Positions 36,029 to 47,108 of a DNA stretch of 64,000 bases are shown here, piece after piece; position 1 is the stretch's first letter; every line of letters begins with the position of its first letter. The notes beneath the pieces are model-generated. The model saw nothing but the letters and a program-made list of their open reading frames with translations, was not told the origin of the DNA and ran no database searches. This DNA comes from a virus. Lineage: Duplodnaviria > Caudoviricetes. The position numbers were made by a program, and so were the translations under genes. The stretch lies in the IMG/VR virus record IMGVR_UViG_2747842506_000001, positions 16,081 to 80,080 of that record. The stretch is one strand, 5' to 3'.

Positions 36029-36460
36029 ATGGAGACAAAACAGGTCACAAAGTCGGTTCTCGCATACGACGAAAACGGCAACCATTTTTGGAAGGACGTG
36101 GTCAAGGAAAAGTTCATCTTTGACGACGAGGACCGGATAAAAATCGTCGCCGAATACAACGCGGGCAGGATGACCGCGGCGCAGATCGCGGAGAAATACC
36201 ACCTCAGCAGCAAGCAGGTTCTCTTCAGCTGGATGGACAAGTACCTGCGCGAAGAATCGCTATCTTTGGAGAGCCAAGACGGAGATGCGATGGCGAAGCC
36301 GCCCGAAGAACGGATAAGAGAACTGGAGCTGGAGAACAAGCGCCTGCAAAAGGCACTGGAGGCCGAGACGCTGAGGTCCAGGGCCTTCGACACGATGATC
36401 GAGCTTGCCGAGAGCAAGTTCAACATACCCATCAGAAAAAAATCTGGCACCAAACGGTAG
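36029..36460 (+). CDS. IS3 transposase OrfA (HTH)
   Basis: HTH plus leucine-zipper RIRELELENKRL; ends IRKKSGTKR. Confidence 0.85.
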   Translation: METKQVTKSVLAYDENGNHFWKDVVKEKFIFDDEDRIKIVAEYNAGRMTAAQIAEKYHLSSKQVLFSWMDKYLREESLSLESQDGDAMAKPPEERIRELELENKRLQKALEAETLRSRAFDTMIELAESKFNIPIRKKSGTKR

Positions 36461-36582
36461 GCCTGCTGCGCACGCGGCTTCCGGGAACTTCCCTGGAAGC
36501 GCTCTGCGGACTGTTTGGTTATAGCAGGCAGGCGTTCTACAAGAGGGATGACGACGACTTCGGGAACGAGGCTGTCGAGTCC

Positions 36583-37458
36583 ATGGTCCTGGACGCAGCC
36601 AGGGAATATCGCACGGCCTGTCCGGGCATGGGATGCACAAAAATCTACAGACTGGTCGCAGGCAAGCTTGGCGGCACGGGCCGCGTGCCCGGTCGCGACT
36701 CCTTCACGGAACTCCTCCGCGAGAACGGCCTGATGGTAAGGATGCGCCGCCGTCGGCACTACAGGACTACATACTCGGATCACAACTACCGGAAGTACAA
36801 GAACCTGATCAAGGGAGTCGTCCCCAGCCGTCCGAACCAGATATGGGTCGCCGACATCACCTATGTCGAGACGGACGAGGGCGTGTGCTACCTGTCCCTC
36901 GTAACGGACGCCTACTCGCACAAGATCGTGGGCTGGGCGCTCGGCCCGACGCTGGAGACACGCTACCCTCTGGAAGCCCTGAGGATGGCACTCGCGCAGG
37001 TTCCCGAATCATCGTTGCCGTTCCTGATCCACCACTCGGATCGTGGCTGCCAGTACTGCAGCTACGAATATGTCGGCGAACTGAAAAAGCGCAACATCGG
37101 CATCAGCATGACGCAGAGCGGGGATCCGCTCGAGAACGCCGTGGCGGAACGCGCAAACGGAATCCTCAAGACGGAATGGCTATACAAGATGAAGCTCAGG
37201 ACGCGGTCGGAGTGCCGCCGTGAACTCGAGAGAATCATCAGGTTCTACAACGAGGAACGCCCGCACATGAGCATCGGCTGGCAGACCCCGGAAAAGGTCC
37301 ACAGCCAGGAAGGCCCCCAAAGAAGATGCTGGAGGAACCCGTGGGAACGAAGGCTCGCGAACAAAAATATATCTTTGGAAGAAGATGTCGGACTGGACAA
37401 CGACAACCATATCGGTGATAGTGTCAACCAGATCCGTGATACCGAGGGAAAGGTGTAA
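36583..37458 (+). CDS. IS3 transposase OrfB (DDE integrase core)
   Basis: WVADITY, HHSDRGCQY, ENAVAERANGILK, YNEERPH. Confidence 0.92.
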   Translation: MVLDAAREYRTACPGMGCTKIYRLVAGKLGGTGRVPGRDSFTELLRENGLMVRMRRRRHYRTTYSDHNYRKYKNLIKGVVPSRPNQIWVADITYVETDEGVCYLSLVTDAYSHKIVGWALGPTLETRYPLEALRMALAQVPESSLPFLIHHSDRGCQYCSYEYVGELKKRNIGISMTQSGDPLENAVAERANGILKTEWLYKMKLRTRSECRRELERIIRFYNEERPHMSIGWQTPEKVHSQEGPQRRCWRNPWERRLANKNISLEEDVGLDNDNHIGDSVNQIRDTEGKV

Positions 37459-37622
37459 ACCATATCAGTGAAACTGTCAACTCGGTCAGTAAAAACACCC
37501 CAAAAGTGTCAACCTTTTTTAGGGAAGGTCAAAGGAATCATAAAAGTATCGAAAAAGTTGAGAAAAACTATGCAAAATGTATAAATTTTATCTTCATTTT
37601 TCAATTTTTTATTAAATAAAAG

Positions 37623-37838
37623 TTAAAAAATAATACAAAATGTATTGAAAATATTTTGGTATGCGTGTGAAAACGCAATTTTGATTGTTTCATAGCTTTT
37701 TCCGATTCCTTCAAGCCCATTCTGGTCAATGTACCTATAAGTGGCATAAATGAGCCAAATTGGGCTAAACAGAGTGAATTTGATAACAACAAAAACGAAC
37801 AGAAGCGCAGTCCACACCCAAATTTTTGCATCGCTCAT
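37623..37838 (-). CDS. Small predicted membrane protein
   Basis: AGGAGG RBS; hydrophobic N-terminal half. Confidence 0.5.
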   Translation of the reverse strand: MSDAKIWVWTALLFVFVVIKFTLFSPIWLIYATYRYIDQNGLEGIGKSYETIKIAFSHAYQNIFNTFCIIF

Positions 37839-38032
37839 CGATATTCCTCCTGTGGATATTGTTTAACGGGGGAAAGATAGCTTGTGGAAGGGACTTTTTG
37901 TGACAACAATAGTTTGCAAAATGAATGAAAGATTAGTGTTCGAATGTATAGATATTTTGTTTTGTAGTCAAAAATCATTCAAAAAATTTTAATGTCACAG
38001 TAGTGTCATTTTAATGAACTATATTGTACTTA

Positions 38033-39111
38033 CGCGGATTCTCATCGTCAAGTAAATCCGATCTAGGCTGAAAACAAAAAAAATCCCTAGAAAGAGAATT
38101 CTAGGGATGGTTAGGTTTCTAACTTGCGTTTTCGACCAAGAAAAGGACAAGCGATGAGACTTAACCGAGACATAAGATACCAAATTAGCGCACTGTTGGC
38201 TGCCGGACATCAACAAAAAGTCATAGCAAAACTAATCGGAATTTCTGAAGGTGGACTCAGCAAGGAGATTTCCAGAAACGGAGGTCGTAAAAAGTACGAT
38301 CCGGACAAGGCTGACAAGAGGGCCCTAAAGCTCCAGCACAAAGCACACATTCACTATGAGTATAGCGATGAAGTTTGGGAGGAAACTGAAGCCCTGATAA
38401 AGGAGGACTTGTCACCGGAGCAAGTTGTTGGACGCAGGGGGTTGGAGGGTAAGAAAACTCCAAGCGTTCCAACGATATACCGCCATATCAAAGGCAGAGA
38501 CGAATTCAAGCCACACCTTAGGCATGGGGACAAGAAATATCGAGAGCGGGGTCCTGCAAAGGATGGAAGAGGCTCCATTACGGGACAGGTGCCCATAGAC
38601 CTGCGTCCGGCGATAGTCGACGAGAAAAGTCGCTTCGGCGATTTTGAAATAGACTTGATCAACGGAGCTCATCATAAGGGAAACCTGCTCACCGCCAACG
38701 ACAGAATGTCCATGCTTTGCATCCTGGAGCCTCTACCGACAAAGGATGCAGCCGCCCTGGCAGATACTCTGATAGCGGCCTTTTCGCCCTACAAGAGGCT
38801 GCTACACACGGTCACTTCCGACAACGGAAAGGAGTTCGCCGATCATGTTCGGATAGCCCAAAAGTTGGATGTCGGTTATTACTTTGCCCACCCTTACCAC
38901 TCGTGGGAACGAGGTGCAAACGAAAATATGAACGGTCTGATTCGCCAGTACCTGCCAAAGGGAACCTCGTTTGAGGACCTGACGAGAGATGAGGTCAAGT
39001 GGATTGAGTGGAAATTGAACAATCGGCCGAGAAAACGACTTGGATTTCTCACCCCATTAGAGTATATTTCTAGGCAAGTTAAACAAATTTACTTGGCGAC
39101 TTAAATTCGCC
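38033..39111 (+). mobile_element. IS30-family insertion sequence
   Basis: Imperfect IRs (CGCGGATTCTCATCGTCAAGTAAAT / ATTTACTTGGCGACTTAAATTCGCC) flanked by TTA on both sides. Confidence 0.85.
38154..39104 (+). CDS. IS30-family transposase
   Basis: LSPEQ, RFGDFEID, TSDNGKEF, PYHSWERGANENMNGLIRQYLPKG, LNNRPRKRLG. Confidence 0.95.
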   Translation: MRLNRDIRYQISALLAAGHQQKVIAKLIGISEGGLSKEISRNGGRKKYDPDKADKRALKLQHKAHIHYEYSDEVWEETEALIKEDLSPEQVVGRRGLEGKKTPSVPTIYRHIKGRDEFKPHLRHGDKKYRERGPAKDGRGSITGQVPIDLRPAIVDEKSRFGDFEIDLINGAHHKGNLLTANDRMSMLCILEPLPTKDAAALADTLIAAFSPYKRLLHTVTSDNGKEFADHVRIAQKLDVGYYFAHPYHSWERGANENMNGLIRQYLPKGTSFEDLTRDEVKWIEWKLNNRPRKRLGFLTPLEYISRQVKQIYLAT

Positions 39112-39187
39112 TTATTAAAAAACGAGGAGTTTATAAGGTATAAAGCGCGTAAAAAATCCAATTATCTTTTATTGAAGTTGATTTACT

Positions 39188-41743
39188 GTGTTAAGGGTAT
39201 CGAATGCTTCAAGTTTAAGTGTTACCTACAAAAGAGCATTTATGGTCGCAAGTTGGAATAAGACATTTGAAAAACATCAATATGATTTTTCAAAATTAGG
39301 TGTCGTGTTGCAAGAGGCTGATCTCTCGCAAGGTGTTTCATTCACAGGAATGAAGCCCGTCGCTTTTTGTATAAAAAGTAACGTTTTTGAATTAAATGAA
39401 CAAACGTGGAAATCTTTGTACATCATAACCCTTGCCACTTTATATGCACTGGATTCCTATAGAGTACGCCACGCGATTTATAACGCTCTCTCCGGAAGAA
39501 CAACTGAATTTGATCATTACGCCAAGATTTCTGATCACATGTTTGCAAATATCGGGTTGTCGGCTACTGCGATGATTGGATACATAAAAAAGGCATTGTC
39601 TGCTTGTAACATACCTTTGGATAGATTCAAAATTGCGTATTATTCGGCAAAAGATTCTGTCACGAGATTCAAAATCGCCAATCAGCTGGCTAGTGAAAAT
39701 TCTCGGCAAGGCATCAAAAAAGAAGTTACTGAAATCTTGAAAATGCGACTGGCACCAAAGGAAGGAGCTATTGCGAGCAGCATAAAACAGGATCAATCTT
39801 TCAGGCAAGAAAATTCCGTTGAAAAACTTCTTGATTTTGACAAGTCTTACGACAGCATTGTACCTCTTTACTTTATTTACTTCGATGAGAAGAAGGAAGT
39901 TCTTAACTGGGATGATTTGCATAAAAAAGTTCTGCGAGAAATTTGTGGAGATTACCCTGCGCTTACGAAAGCAAATCTGCTTGGTAGAGTTATTTTCGAC
40001 AATCCGTTTGTAGGTGAATCTCTCGAACGATTAAATGAGAAATTTTACGTTGAGGGAAATCTAAGCCAGCAAGATTCCTTGGGGCAGATTCGTACTGCGC
40101 TATATTTGTGCGGAATTCCGTTCGATAAGGTGAAAGTCTATTATCGTGAGCTGGAATATACAAGTAAACCTGCTAAAGTCATCCTTAATTCTTCTGACGA
40201 GTCCTTGCCTCAAAAAAATTCTTTTGATATTGATATCGAACAGAAGCAGCCTGTACAAGTAGAAATTTTCAACTCATTTGAAATCCAGGATGAAAATCCT
40301 TTAATGAGTGAGTTTAAAAAAGTTCTAAAAGAACGATTTTCTAATGGCTTTAAGTTGGGTAATTCAATTCAGTTGATGCGCTTCAAGAAGTTCTATGAGG
40401 AAATAAACGGTTCTCCTCTGAATATTTGTGATGAAGAAATATCTGAAGGTATTGCAAACTGTGGCCTTGTACATGAAGACCGTCTTTATGTTACAGAGAC
40501 AATGCTTGAAAATGAACTGAAATCAAGGTTGCTTCAGTATATTTCAGATAATTTTTACTCTGGAATCCAACGTTTATATTTGACTAAAATTTTTGATGAT
40601 TTTGCGGACGATTTCAGAAATACGCCTATACAAAACGCTGATATTTTGCAAACGTATCTGCAAGAACTATCAAATGAAGAATTTCCTTACTATCTGTATC
40701 GAAAAAGTGTTTTCAAGTCTCCCGAAGACGTAAAAAATTGCAGACCAAGAGATGAAATTCTCCGTTTGCTTCAGGAAGCTCGGGGCCCTGTTTCTGATAA
40801 TGAGATTTTTGAACAGCTTTCATACATTCCTCAAAATAAGATTAGAGATGCTTTTATAAACTGTTCTACAACGCGAGAAATTTTGAGCAATGGAGACCAT
40901 TCTCGATTTGTTCTTGATAGTTTTGATATTGCCGGTGATCAACTAGATTGGATTGACTCATGGCTGGAAAGCTCTTTAAAAGGCTGTAGTTTCATTACAA
41001 GTGCGATGCTTATCGATGCTGTAAAGAAAAATTATCCAGATATTGCAGAACGAAATGAGGCGTTCTCTGACATTGGCATTAGAAACGCCATTGCATGTCA
41101 TCTGGAAGATCGATTTAATTTTAGGGATAACCTTATTAGTCCAAAGAATGTCGAAATCAGTAATGATCAACTTATTGCTGAATTCTGCAAAGAACACGAA
41201 AAGTTCACTATATCAGATGTTGAAGACTTTTGCGAATCACTAGGATTAGCGCTTCAGAGTTTTTATTTCGAAGTCATATATGAAAATGCATTCCGAGTTA
41301 GCGAAGAACTTTTTGTAAACGAAGTGCCCTACATAGATGTTCATGCCGTAGATTGCGCCATTGCTCAATTCATGGATGGTAGAGATTACATTCCGGTCTC
41401 TAAAGTTCAGTTTTTTGTAGGAGCATTCCCTGATATCGGTTATAAATGGAATTCGTTCTGCTTAGAAAGTTTCCTGTGCAGGTGTAGCCAAGAATACAAG
41501 CTTGTCCACAGCAACTTTGCAAAGTCTGCTTGTGCAGGGGCTATTGTTCGAAAAAATGTGAATATGGATTTTAACGAGATTCTTTCCGATGCGCTTTCTC
41601 ACGAAGACTGGACCGAATCCTCTGCAAAAGAGTACCTGAAATCAGAAGGGTACTTGTCACGCCTAAAATGTTCGAATATTGCTCAACTTTTAGAACGAGC
41701 AAAGCAAATTCGTACACAACGTAACTTAAAGGATTTTGATTAA
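39188..41743 (+). CDS. Large hypothetical protein, first gene of the BREX-4 operon
   Basis: 851-aa ORF abutting brxP; internal duplicated domain (WKSLY..L / WDDLH..VL; SACNIPLD / YLCGIPFD); start uncertain. Confidence 0.7.
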   Translation: MLRVSNASSLSVTYKRAFMVASWNKTFEKHQYDFSKLGVVLQEADLSQGVSFTGMKPVAFCIKSNVFELNEQTWKSLYIITLATLYALDSYRVRHAIYNALSGRTTEFDHYAKISDHMFANIGLSATAMIGYIKKALSACNIPLDRFKIAYYSAKDSVTRFKIANQLASENSRQGIKKEVTEILKMRLAPKEGAIASSIKQDQSFRQENSVEKLLDFDKSYDSIVPLYFIYFDEKKEVLNWDDLHKKVLREICGDYPALTKANLLGRVIFDNPFVGESLERLNEKFYVEGNLSQQDSLGQIRTALYLCGIPFDKVKVYYRELEYTSKPAKVILNSSDESLPQKNSFDIDIEQKQPVQVEIFNSFEIQDENPLMSEFKKVLKERFSNGFKLGNSIQLMRFKKFYEEINGSPLNICDEEISEGIANCGLVHEDRLYVTETMLENELKSRLLQYISDNFYSGIQRLYLTKIFDDFADDFRNTPIQNADILQTYLQELSNEEFPYYLYRKSVFKSPEDVKNCRPRDEILRLLQEARGPVSDNEIFEQLSYIPQNKIRDAFINCSTTREILSNGDHSRFVLDSFDIAGDQLDWIDSWLESSLKGCSFITSAMLIDAVKKNYPDIAERNEAFSDIGIRNAIACHLEDRFNFRDNLISPKNVEISNDQLIAEFCKEHEKFTISDVEDFCESLGLALQSFYFEVIYENAFRVSEELFVNEVPYIDVHAVDCAIAQFMDGRDYIPVSKVQFFVGAFPDIGYKWNSFCLESFLCRCSQEYKLVHSNFAKSACAGAIVRKNVNMDFNEILSDALSHEDWTESSAKEYLKSEGYLSRLKCSNIAQLLERAKQIRTQRNLKDFD

Positions 41744-42120
41744 ATGTACTCGTATACTTGGGATATAGAAACTGGAGGCTTATTACTGAATTCAACACCT
41801 CTTGAATTCAGTGCAGAGCCTCGTCCGGTTTATTATAAGGAACTTGATTTACTTGGTTTTGATAAATTTTGGAACTATCCTAAGGACGACTCTAAGCCTT
41901 TGTTGTGGGCTGCGCATAACAAGTATTTCTATTTTGGACGTATGGTTGCTCAGATAAAGGGAGGCTCTTTATATACTCCTCCAGAGTTAATTCTTCATGA
42001 AGAACCAGAAGCAGCAGGAGTTGAGTTAAAACCTGTTGACATTGAAAAGATGGTCGAAAAAAATCGTGAAATATTGGATCTCCTTGTTCAAGAGACAATA
42101 AAAAAAATCTACAATACTTT

Positions 42121-43588
42121 GGCTCTTCATCAACATGTGTGGGTGGCTTCGCCACCCTTTTTTGTTGACATTCGCCTAAATTAAACAAAAAATGGGCTAT
42201 TTTCTAAAATTTAATCGCAAAAAAAAACAGAAGAAAAAAGCCCATGTCAAAATTATACAAATCCATCTTCAATGTCAACGGCTGTACTGTCGTCAAGCAG
42301 GAGCAAACCGACACCACGGTCACCATCACGGTAAGACTCACCAAGGGCAACGCCAGCAGGTGCGGCTGTTGCGGGCGAAAAGGGAAACTCTACGACAACG
42401 GCCGGGAACAGAGGATATGGCGGACGCTCGATCTCGGCACGAAAATGGGCTTCATCAAGATGGACACCTACAGGGTGAAGTGCAGGAAGTGCGGCGTAAA
42501 AACCGTGAAGGTGCCGTGGGCAAGCCACAGGTCAGGCTTCACCGACGCCTTCGAGCAGCAGGTCGCATGGGCCGTATGCAGCATGTCGAAAAAGGCTGTC
42601 GCAAAGCAGCTACGCATCGCCTGGAATACCGTGGGAGAAATCGCCGACCGCGTATGGGAACGCCTGGACACAAGGCCTATCAAGGCAGGCTGCATCTTCA
42701 GGCGCATAGGCATCGACGAGACCAGCTACAAGAAAGGGCACAAGTACATAACGGTGGTAGTGGATCACGACAGGCGCTGCGTGATCTGGGTGCACGAGGG
42801 CTACGGGAAGGAGGTGCTGGACATCTTCATGAGGGAACTCAGCGAAGAGCAGCGCAAGGGCGTGGAGCTTGTGACTTGTGATGGCGCCAAGTGGATAAGG
42901 TCAAGCATCGAGGAGTTCCTGCCCAATGCCGAACGGTGCGTGGACAGCTTCCATGTCGTGCAGTGGGCGACGGATGCCCTGGACAAGGTCCGTGTGGAAG
43001 CCTGGAGGGAGGCCCGCAAGGAACGCTGCAATCCAAAACGGGGCCGAGGCAGGCCCACGAAGGACAGCGTCCCGAAGGACCGCACCGCGGAGGGGATAAA
43101 GAACTCCAGGTACGCTCTGGGCAAGGCTCCGGAAAACCTTAACGAAAGCCAGCAGAGAAAAATAGAGCTCATAGCCAGCCGCTATCCGCGTCTCTACAGG
43201 GCATACCAGCTCAAGGAGGAGCTGCGCATCATCCTGAAGATGGGCTATGCCGATGCCAGGGAAAATCTGGACAGGTGGCTGTGGCGGGCAAGTCACTCAC
43301 GCATCGGCTCAGTAAAGGATCTGTACGCAAAGATCAAGCGCAACTACGACGGAATCCTCAACACAATCAGGCTAGGCGTGTCAAACGCAAGGATCGAGGC
43401 GACGAACAACAAGATAAAGCTACTGATACGGACTGCCTATGGCTTCAGGAATATGAACAACATGCTGTCGCTGATAATGTTGAGCTGTTCCTATGTAGAT
43501 GTAAAGATTGCCTACGAATGGGAATCGGAATCGAGAGAATCATCTAGCAAGGCTGCCTAAATGCTTCCACACATGTTGATGATGCCTC
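42121..43588 (+). mobile_element. ISL3-family insertion sequence, copy 2 (transposase 42244-43560)
   Basis: Same IRs; 8-bp duplication AATACTTT; a few SNPs versus copies 1 and 3. Confidence 0.95.
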
Positions 43589-43617
43589 AATACTTTTGTT
43601 AAATATCGAAAAAAAAT

Positions 43618-45085
43618 GGCTCTTCATCAACATGTGTGGGTGGCTTCGCCACCCTTTTTTGTTGACTTTAGCCTAAATTAAACAAAAAATGGGCTATTTT
43701 CTAAAATTTAATCGCAAAAAAAAACAGAAGAAAAAAGCCCATGTCAAAATTATACAAATCCATCTTCAATGTCAACGGCTGTACTGTCGTCAAGCAGGAG
43801 CAAACCGACACCACGGTCACCATCACGGTAAGACTCACCAAGGGCAACGCCAGCAGGTGCGGCTGTTGCGGGCGAAAAGGGAAACTCTACGACAACGGCC
43901 GGGAACAGAGGATATGGCGGACGCTCGATCTCGGCACGAAAATGGGCTTCATCAAGATGGACACCTACAGGGTGAAGTGCAGGAAGTGCGGCGTAAAAAC
44001 CGTGAAGGTGCCGTGGGCAAGCCACAGGTCAGGCTTCACCGACGCCTTCGAGCAGCAGGTCGCATGGGCCGTATGCAGCATGTCGAAAAAGGCTGTCGCA
44101 AAGCAGCTACGCATCGCCTGGAATACCGTGGGAGAAATCGCCGACCGCGTATGGGAACGCCTGGACACAAGGCCTATCAAGGCAGGCTGCATCTTCAGGC
44201 GCATAGGCATCGACGAGACCAGCTACAAGAAAGGGCACAAGTACATAACGGTGGTAGTGGATCACGACAGGCGCTGCGTGATCTGGGTGCACGAGGGCTA
44301 CGGGAAGGAGGTGCTGGACATCTTCATGAGGGATCTCAGCGAAGAGCAGCGCAAGGGCGTGGAGCTTGTGACTTGTGATGGCGCCAAGTGGATAAGGTCA
44401 AGCATCGAGGAGTTCCTGCCCAATGCCGAACGGTGCGTGGACAGCTTCCATGTCGTGCAGTGGGCGACGGATGCCCTGGACAAGGTCCGTGTGGAAGCCT
44501 GGAGGGAGGCCCGCAAGGAACGCTGCAATCCAAAACGGGGCCGAGGCAGGCCCACGAAGGACAGCGTCCCGAAGGACCGCACCGCGGAGGGGATAAAGAA
44601 CTCCAGGTACGCTCTGGGCAAGGCTCCGGAAAACCTTAACGAAAGCCAGCAGAGAAAAATAGAGCTCATAGCCAGCCGCTATCCGCGTCTCTACAGGGCA
44701 TACCAGCTCAAGGAGGAGCTGCGCATCATCCTGAAGATGGGCTATGCCGATGCCAGGGAAAATCTGGACAGGTGGCTGTGGCGGGCAAGTCACTCACGCA
44801 TCGGCCCAGTAAAGGATCTGTACGCAAAGATCAAGCGCAACTACGACGGAATCCTCAACACAATCAGGCTAGGCGTGTCAAACGCAAGGATCGAGGCGAC
44901 GAACAACAAGATAAAGCTACTGATACGGACTGCCTATGGCTTCAGGAATATGAACAACATGCTGTCGCTGATAATGTTGAGCTGTTCCTATGTAGATGTA
45001 AAGATAGCCTACGAATGGGAATCGGAATCGAGAGAATCATCTAGCAAGGCTGCCTAAATGCTTCCACACATGTTGATGATGCCTC
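43618..45085 (+). mobile_element. ISL3-family insertion sequence, copy 3 (transposase 43741-45057)
   Basis: Same IRs; 8-bp duplication AAAAAAAT; transposase identical to copy 1. Confidence 0.95.
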
Positions 45086-47108
45086 AAAAAAATCGATGTT
45101 TTCTACGTTGCCTTTAGTGGTGGAAAAGACAGTGTCGTTGCATTAGACCTTGTTCAAAGAGCATTGCCTCATAATGAATTCAAAGTCTTGTTTGGAGATA
45201 CTCGCATGGAGTTTCCGGACACATATAAGACCGTTGATAAAATCGAGCTTCTTTGCAAAGACATGGATGTTGAATTCCTTAGGGCTCGCTCAGACTATGA
45301 ACCGGATTTTACCTGGTCAAAATTTGGCCCCCCCGCTGTAACAAACAGATGGTGCTGCACAGTACATAAAACAACACCCCAGATAAGGCTCTTAAAAAAA
45401 GCCTCAAAAAATGAAAAGTTTACTGGAATGGCTTTTACAGGAATTCGCGGAGACGAAAGTGCTAGCCGTAGCGAGTACGATTCTGTAAGTTTAGGAGAAA
45501 AACATAACGGACAATACAGCTGCCACGCAATTCTTGATTGGAATTCTGTTGAACTTTTCACGTATATTTATCAAAATCATCTTATCTTAGGTGAAAGTTA
45601 TAAGCGTGGAAATTCAAGGGCGGGCTGCTTGGTGTGTCCTATGTCGTCCGGAAAACACGAGTTTTTCAAGGCGAGCTGCTATCCTGAAGAAGTTGATTCT
45701 TTTGTAGAAAGAATTTCATCGACTAGTGGGAAGCATTTCACTAACAGTGAAATGAAAAAATTCATTGAAGATGAAAATTGGAAGTCAAGAAAATCAGGAC
45801 GAGAATTAAATTTTGGATTCGACAAACATATTTTTGTCGACAATAAAGATGCTCTATCTATCAACATAGAGGGCTCGTTAAATCCGGTTTGGAAGGAATG
45901 GTGCAAAACAATAGGCTTGTTAGTCGAAATTTCGAGTAATGAATACCAATTGGAATTTAAGAAAAAAGAATATACAATCAAGTTTGAAACTGTCGAAGGA
46001 AACAGTGTCTTGACTTTTCCGAATTGCGAAAGATCTCGCGATGATATGGAATTTTGGTCACTGTTCAAAAGCGTTATTATAAAAAGTCTTTATTGTGTTT
46101 ATTGCGGTGTATGCGAAGCAGAATGCTCTTTTGGCTGTATTGACATGTCTGAAGGATTGAAAATAAAAGATGACTGTAAACATTGTCATAAATGCCACGA
46201 AGTTCATGAACATTGCGTGCGCTATAATTCAATAAGAAACAGAATAGGAACGGAGTCAAAAATGAAAAAAGGTCTTGGAAGATATTTCACGTTCGGAATT
46301 CAAGGTGAATGGCTGAGGATATTCCATCAGTATAAGGGAACTGCAGAATTCTGGCATAGCGATGGCAATGGAAAAGTTCATAACAAGAAAAAACAAGCCT
46401 TTGCAAATTTCTTAAAGGATGCTGACATCGTTTTCCAAAACAAGAAACTTGGCGGCGATTCCTATGAAAAACTCGACATGACCGCTTTTGGAAATAAAAT
46501 TCTTTCATTCAATTCAACCGAAGATACTTCTCTTTGGGCACTGATTGTTTGCAATTTGGCGTATGCTCCTGATTTCAATTGGCTAATCAAAACAGTAAAA
46601 ATTAACGAAACTATTGAGCCGAAGCAAATGGAACTTTTGCTTAACGATGTTATGCCTAATGATGTAAAAGGAGCTGGCAAAAGAAATGTTGTTGATGGCC
46701 TAAAAAATATTTTAATAACAACGCCGATTGGTAAGGAAATTGGATTGGGAAATTGTGATTACGAAATGAAAAATGAAAAGATATTCTTCAAATCGTTAAC
46801 AAGAACTTCCTGGGATAATCCAAATCCTGTGGTTATTCTTTATTCTCTTTATAAGTTCGCTGAAGCTTGTGGAGACTATTACCAGTTTACATTGTCAAGA
46901 CTTTTAAATCATGATATTGATAGTGCAGGCGTATCTCCAACAGAGATATTCGGTTTAGACGCAGACCAAATGAAAAAGATTTTGACAGGTTTGTCTGCAA
47001 ATTATCCTGATTTTATTTCTGTCAGCTTCACGCTCGATCTAGACAATATCAATTTGCGTAAAGACAAAAAATCTTCCGATGTTTTGGATTTGATCTAAGG
47101 AGTTTACA

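Larger units (their letters stand above)
35977..37531 (+). mobile_element. IS3-family insertion sequence
   Basis: IRs TGTCTTATCCTGAAAAAAGTTGACACT / AGTGTCAACCTTTTTTAGGGAAGGTCA; 3-bp duplication AAG; orfA/orfB with A7 frameshift run at 36436-36442. Confidence 0.92.
34640..37541 (-). pseudogene. ABC/AAA_21-type ATPase interrupted near its start by IS3
   Basis: Removing 35977-37531 and one AAG duplicate restores MIPFVQIKSIALTNFKNVVSG...GQNGSGKT...ESEGIKK...AVDELDAG...FTSH. Confidence 0.85.
41744..47098 (+). pseudogene. brxP: BrxP: PAPS-reductase/DndC-like + ferredoxin + DUF4007-like, disrupted by two ISL3 copies
   Basis: Removing both IS and their duplications gives an in-frame 800-aa ORF (...KKIYNTFVKYRKKIDVFYVAFSGGKDS...RWCC...GIRGDES...RAGCLVCP...CVYCGVCEAEC...). 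Confidence 0.88.

Noticed and set aside
41744-42184. Stand-alone 146-aa gene (and 45164-47098 as a separate 644-aa gene)
   Set aside because: Both are fragments of one brxP; the last ~20 aa of the first derive from the IS end.
17844-45085. Composite transposon bounded by ISL3 copies
   Set aside because: Each copy has its own matching 8-bp target duplication, indicating independent simple insertions.
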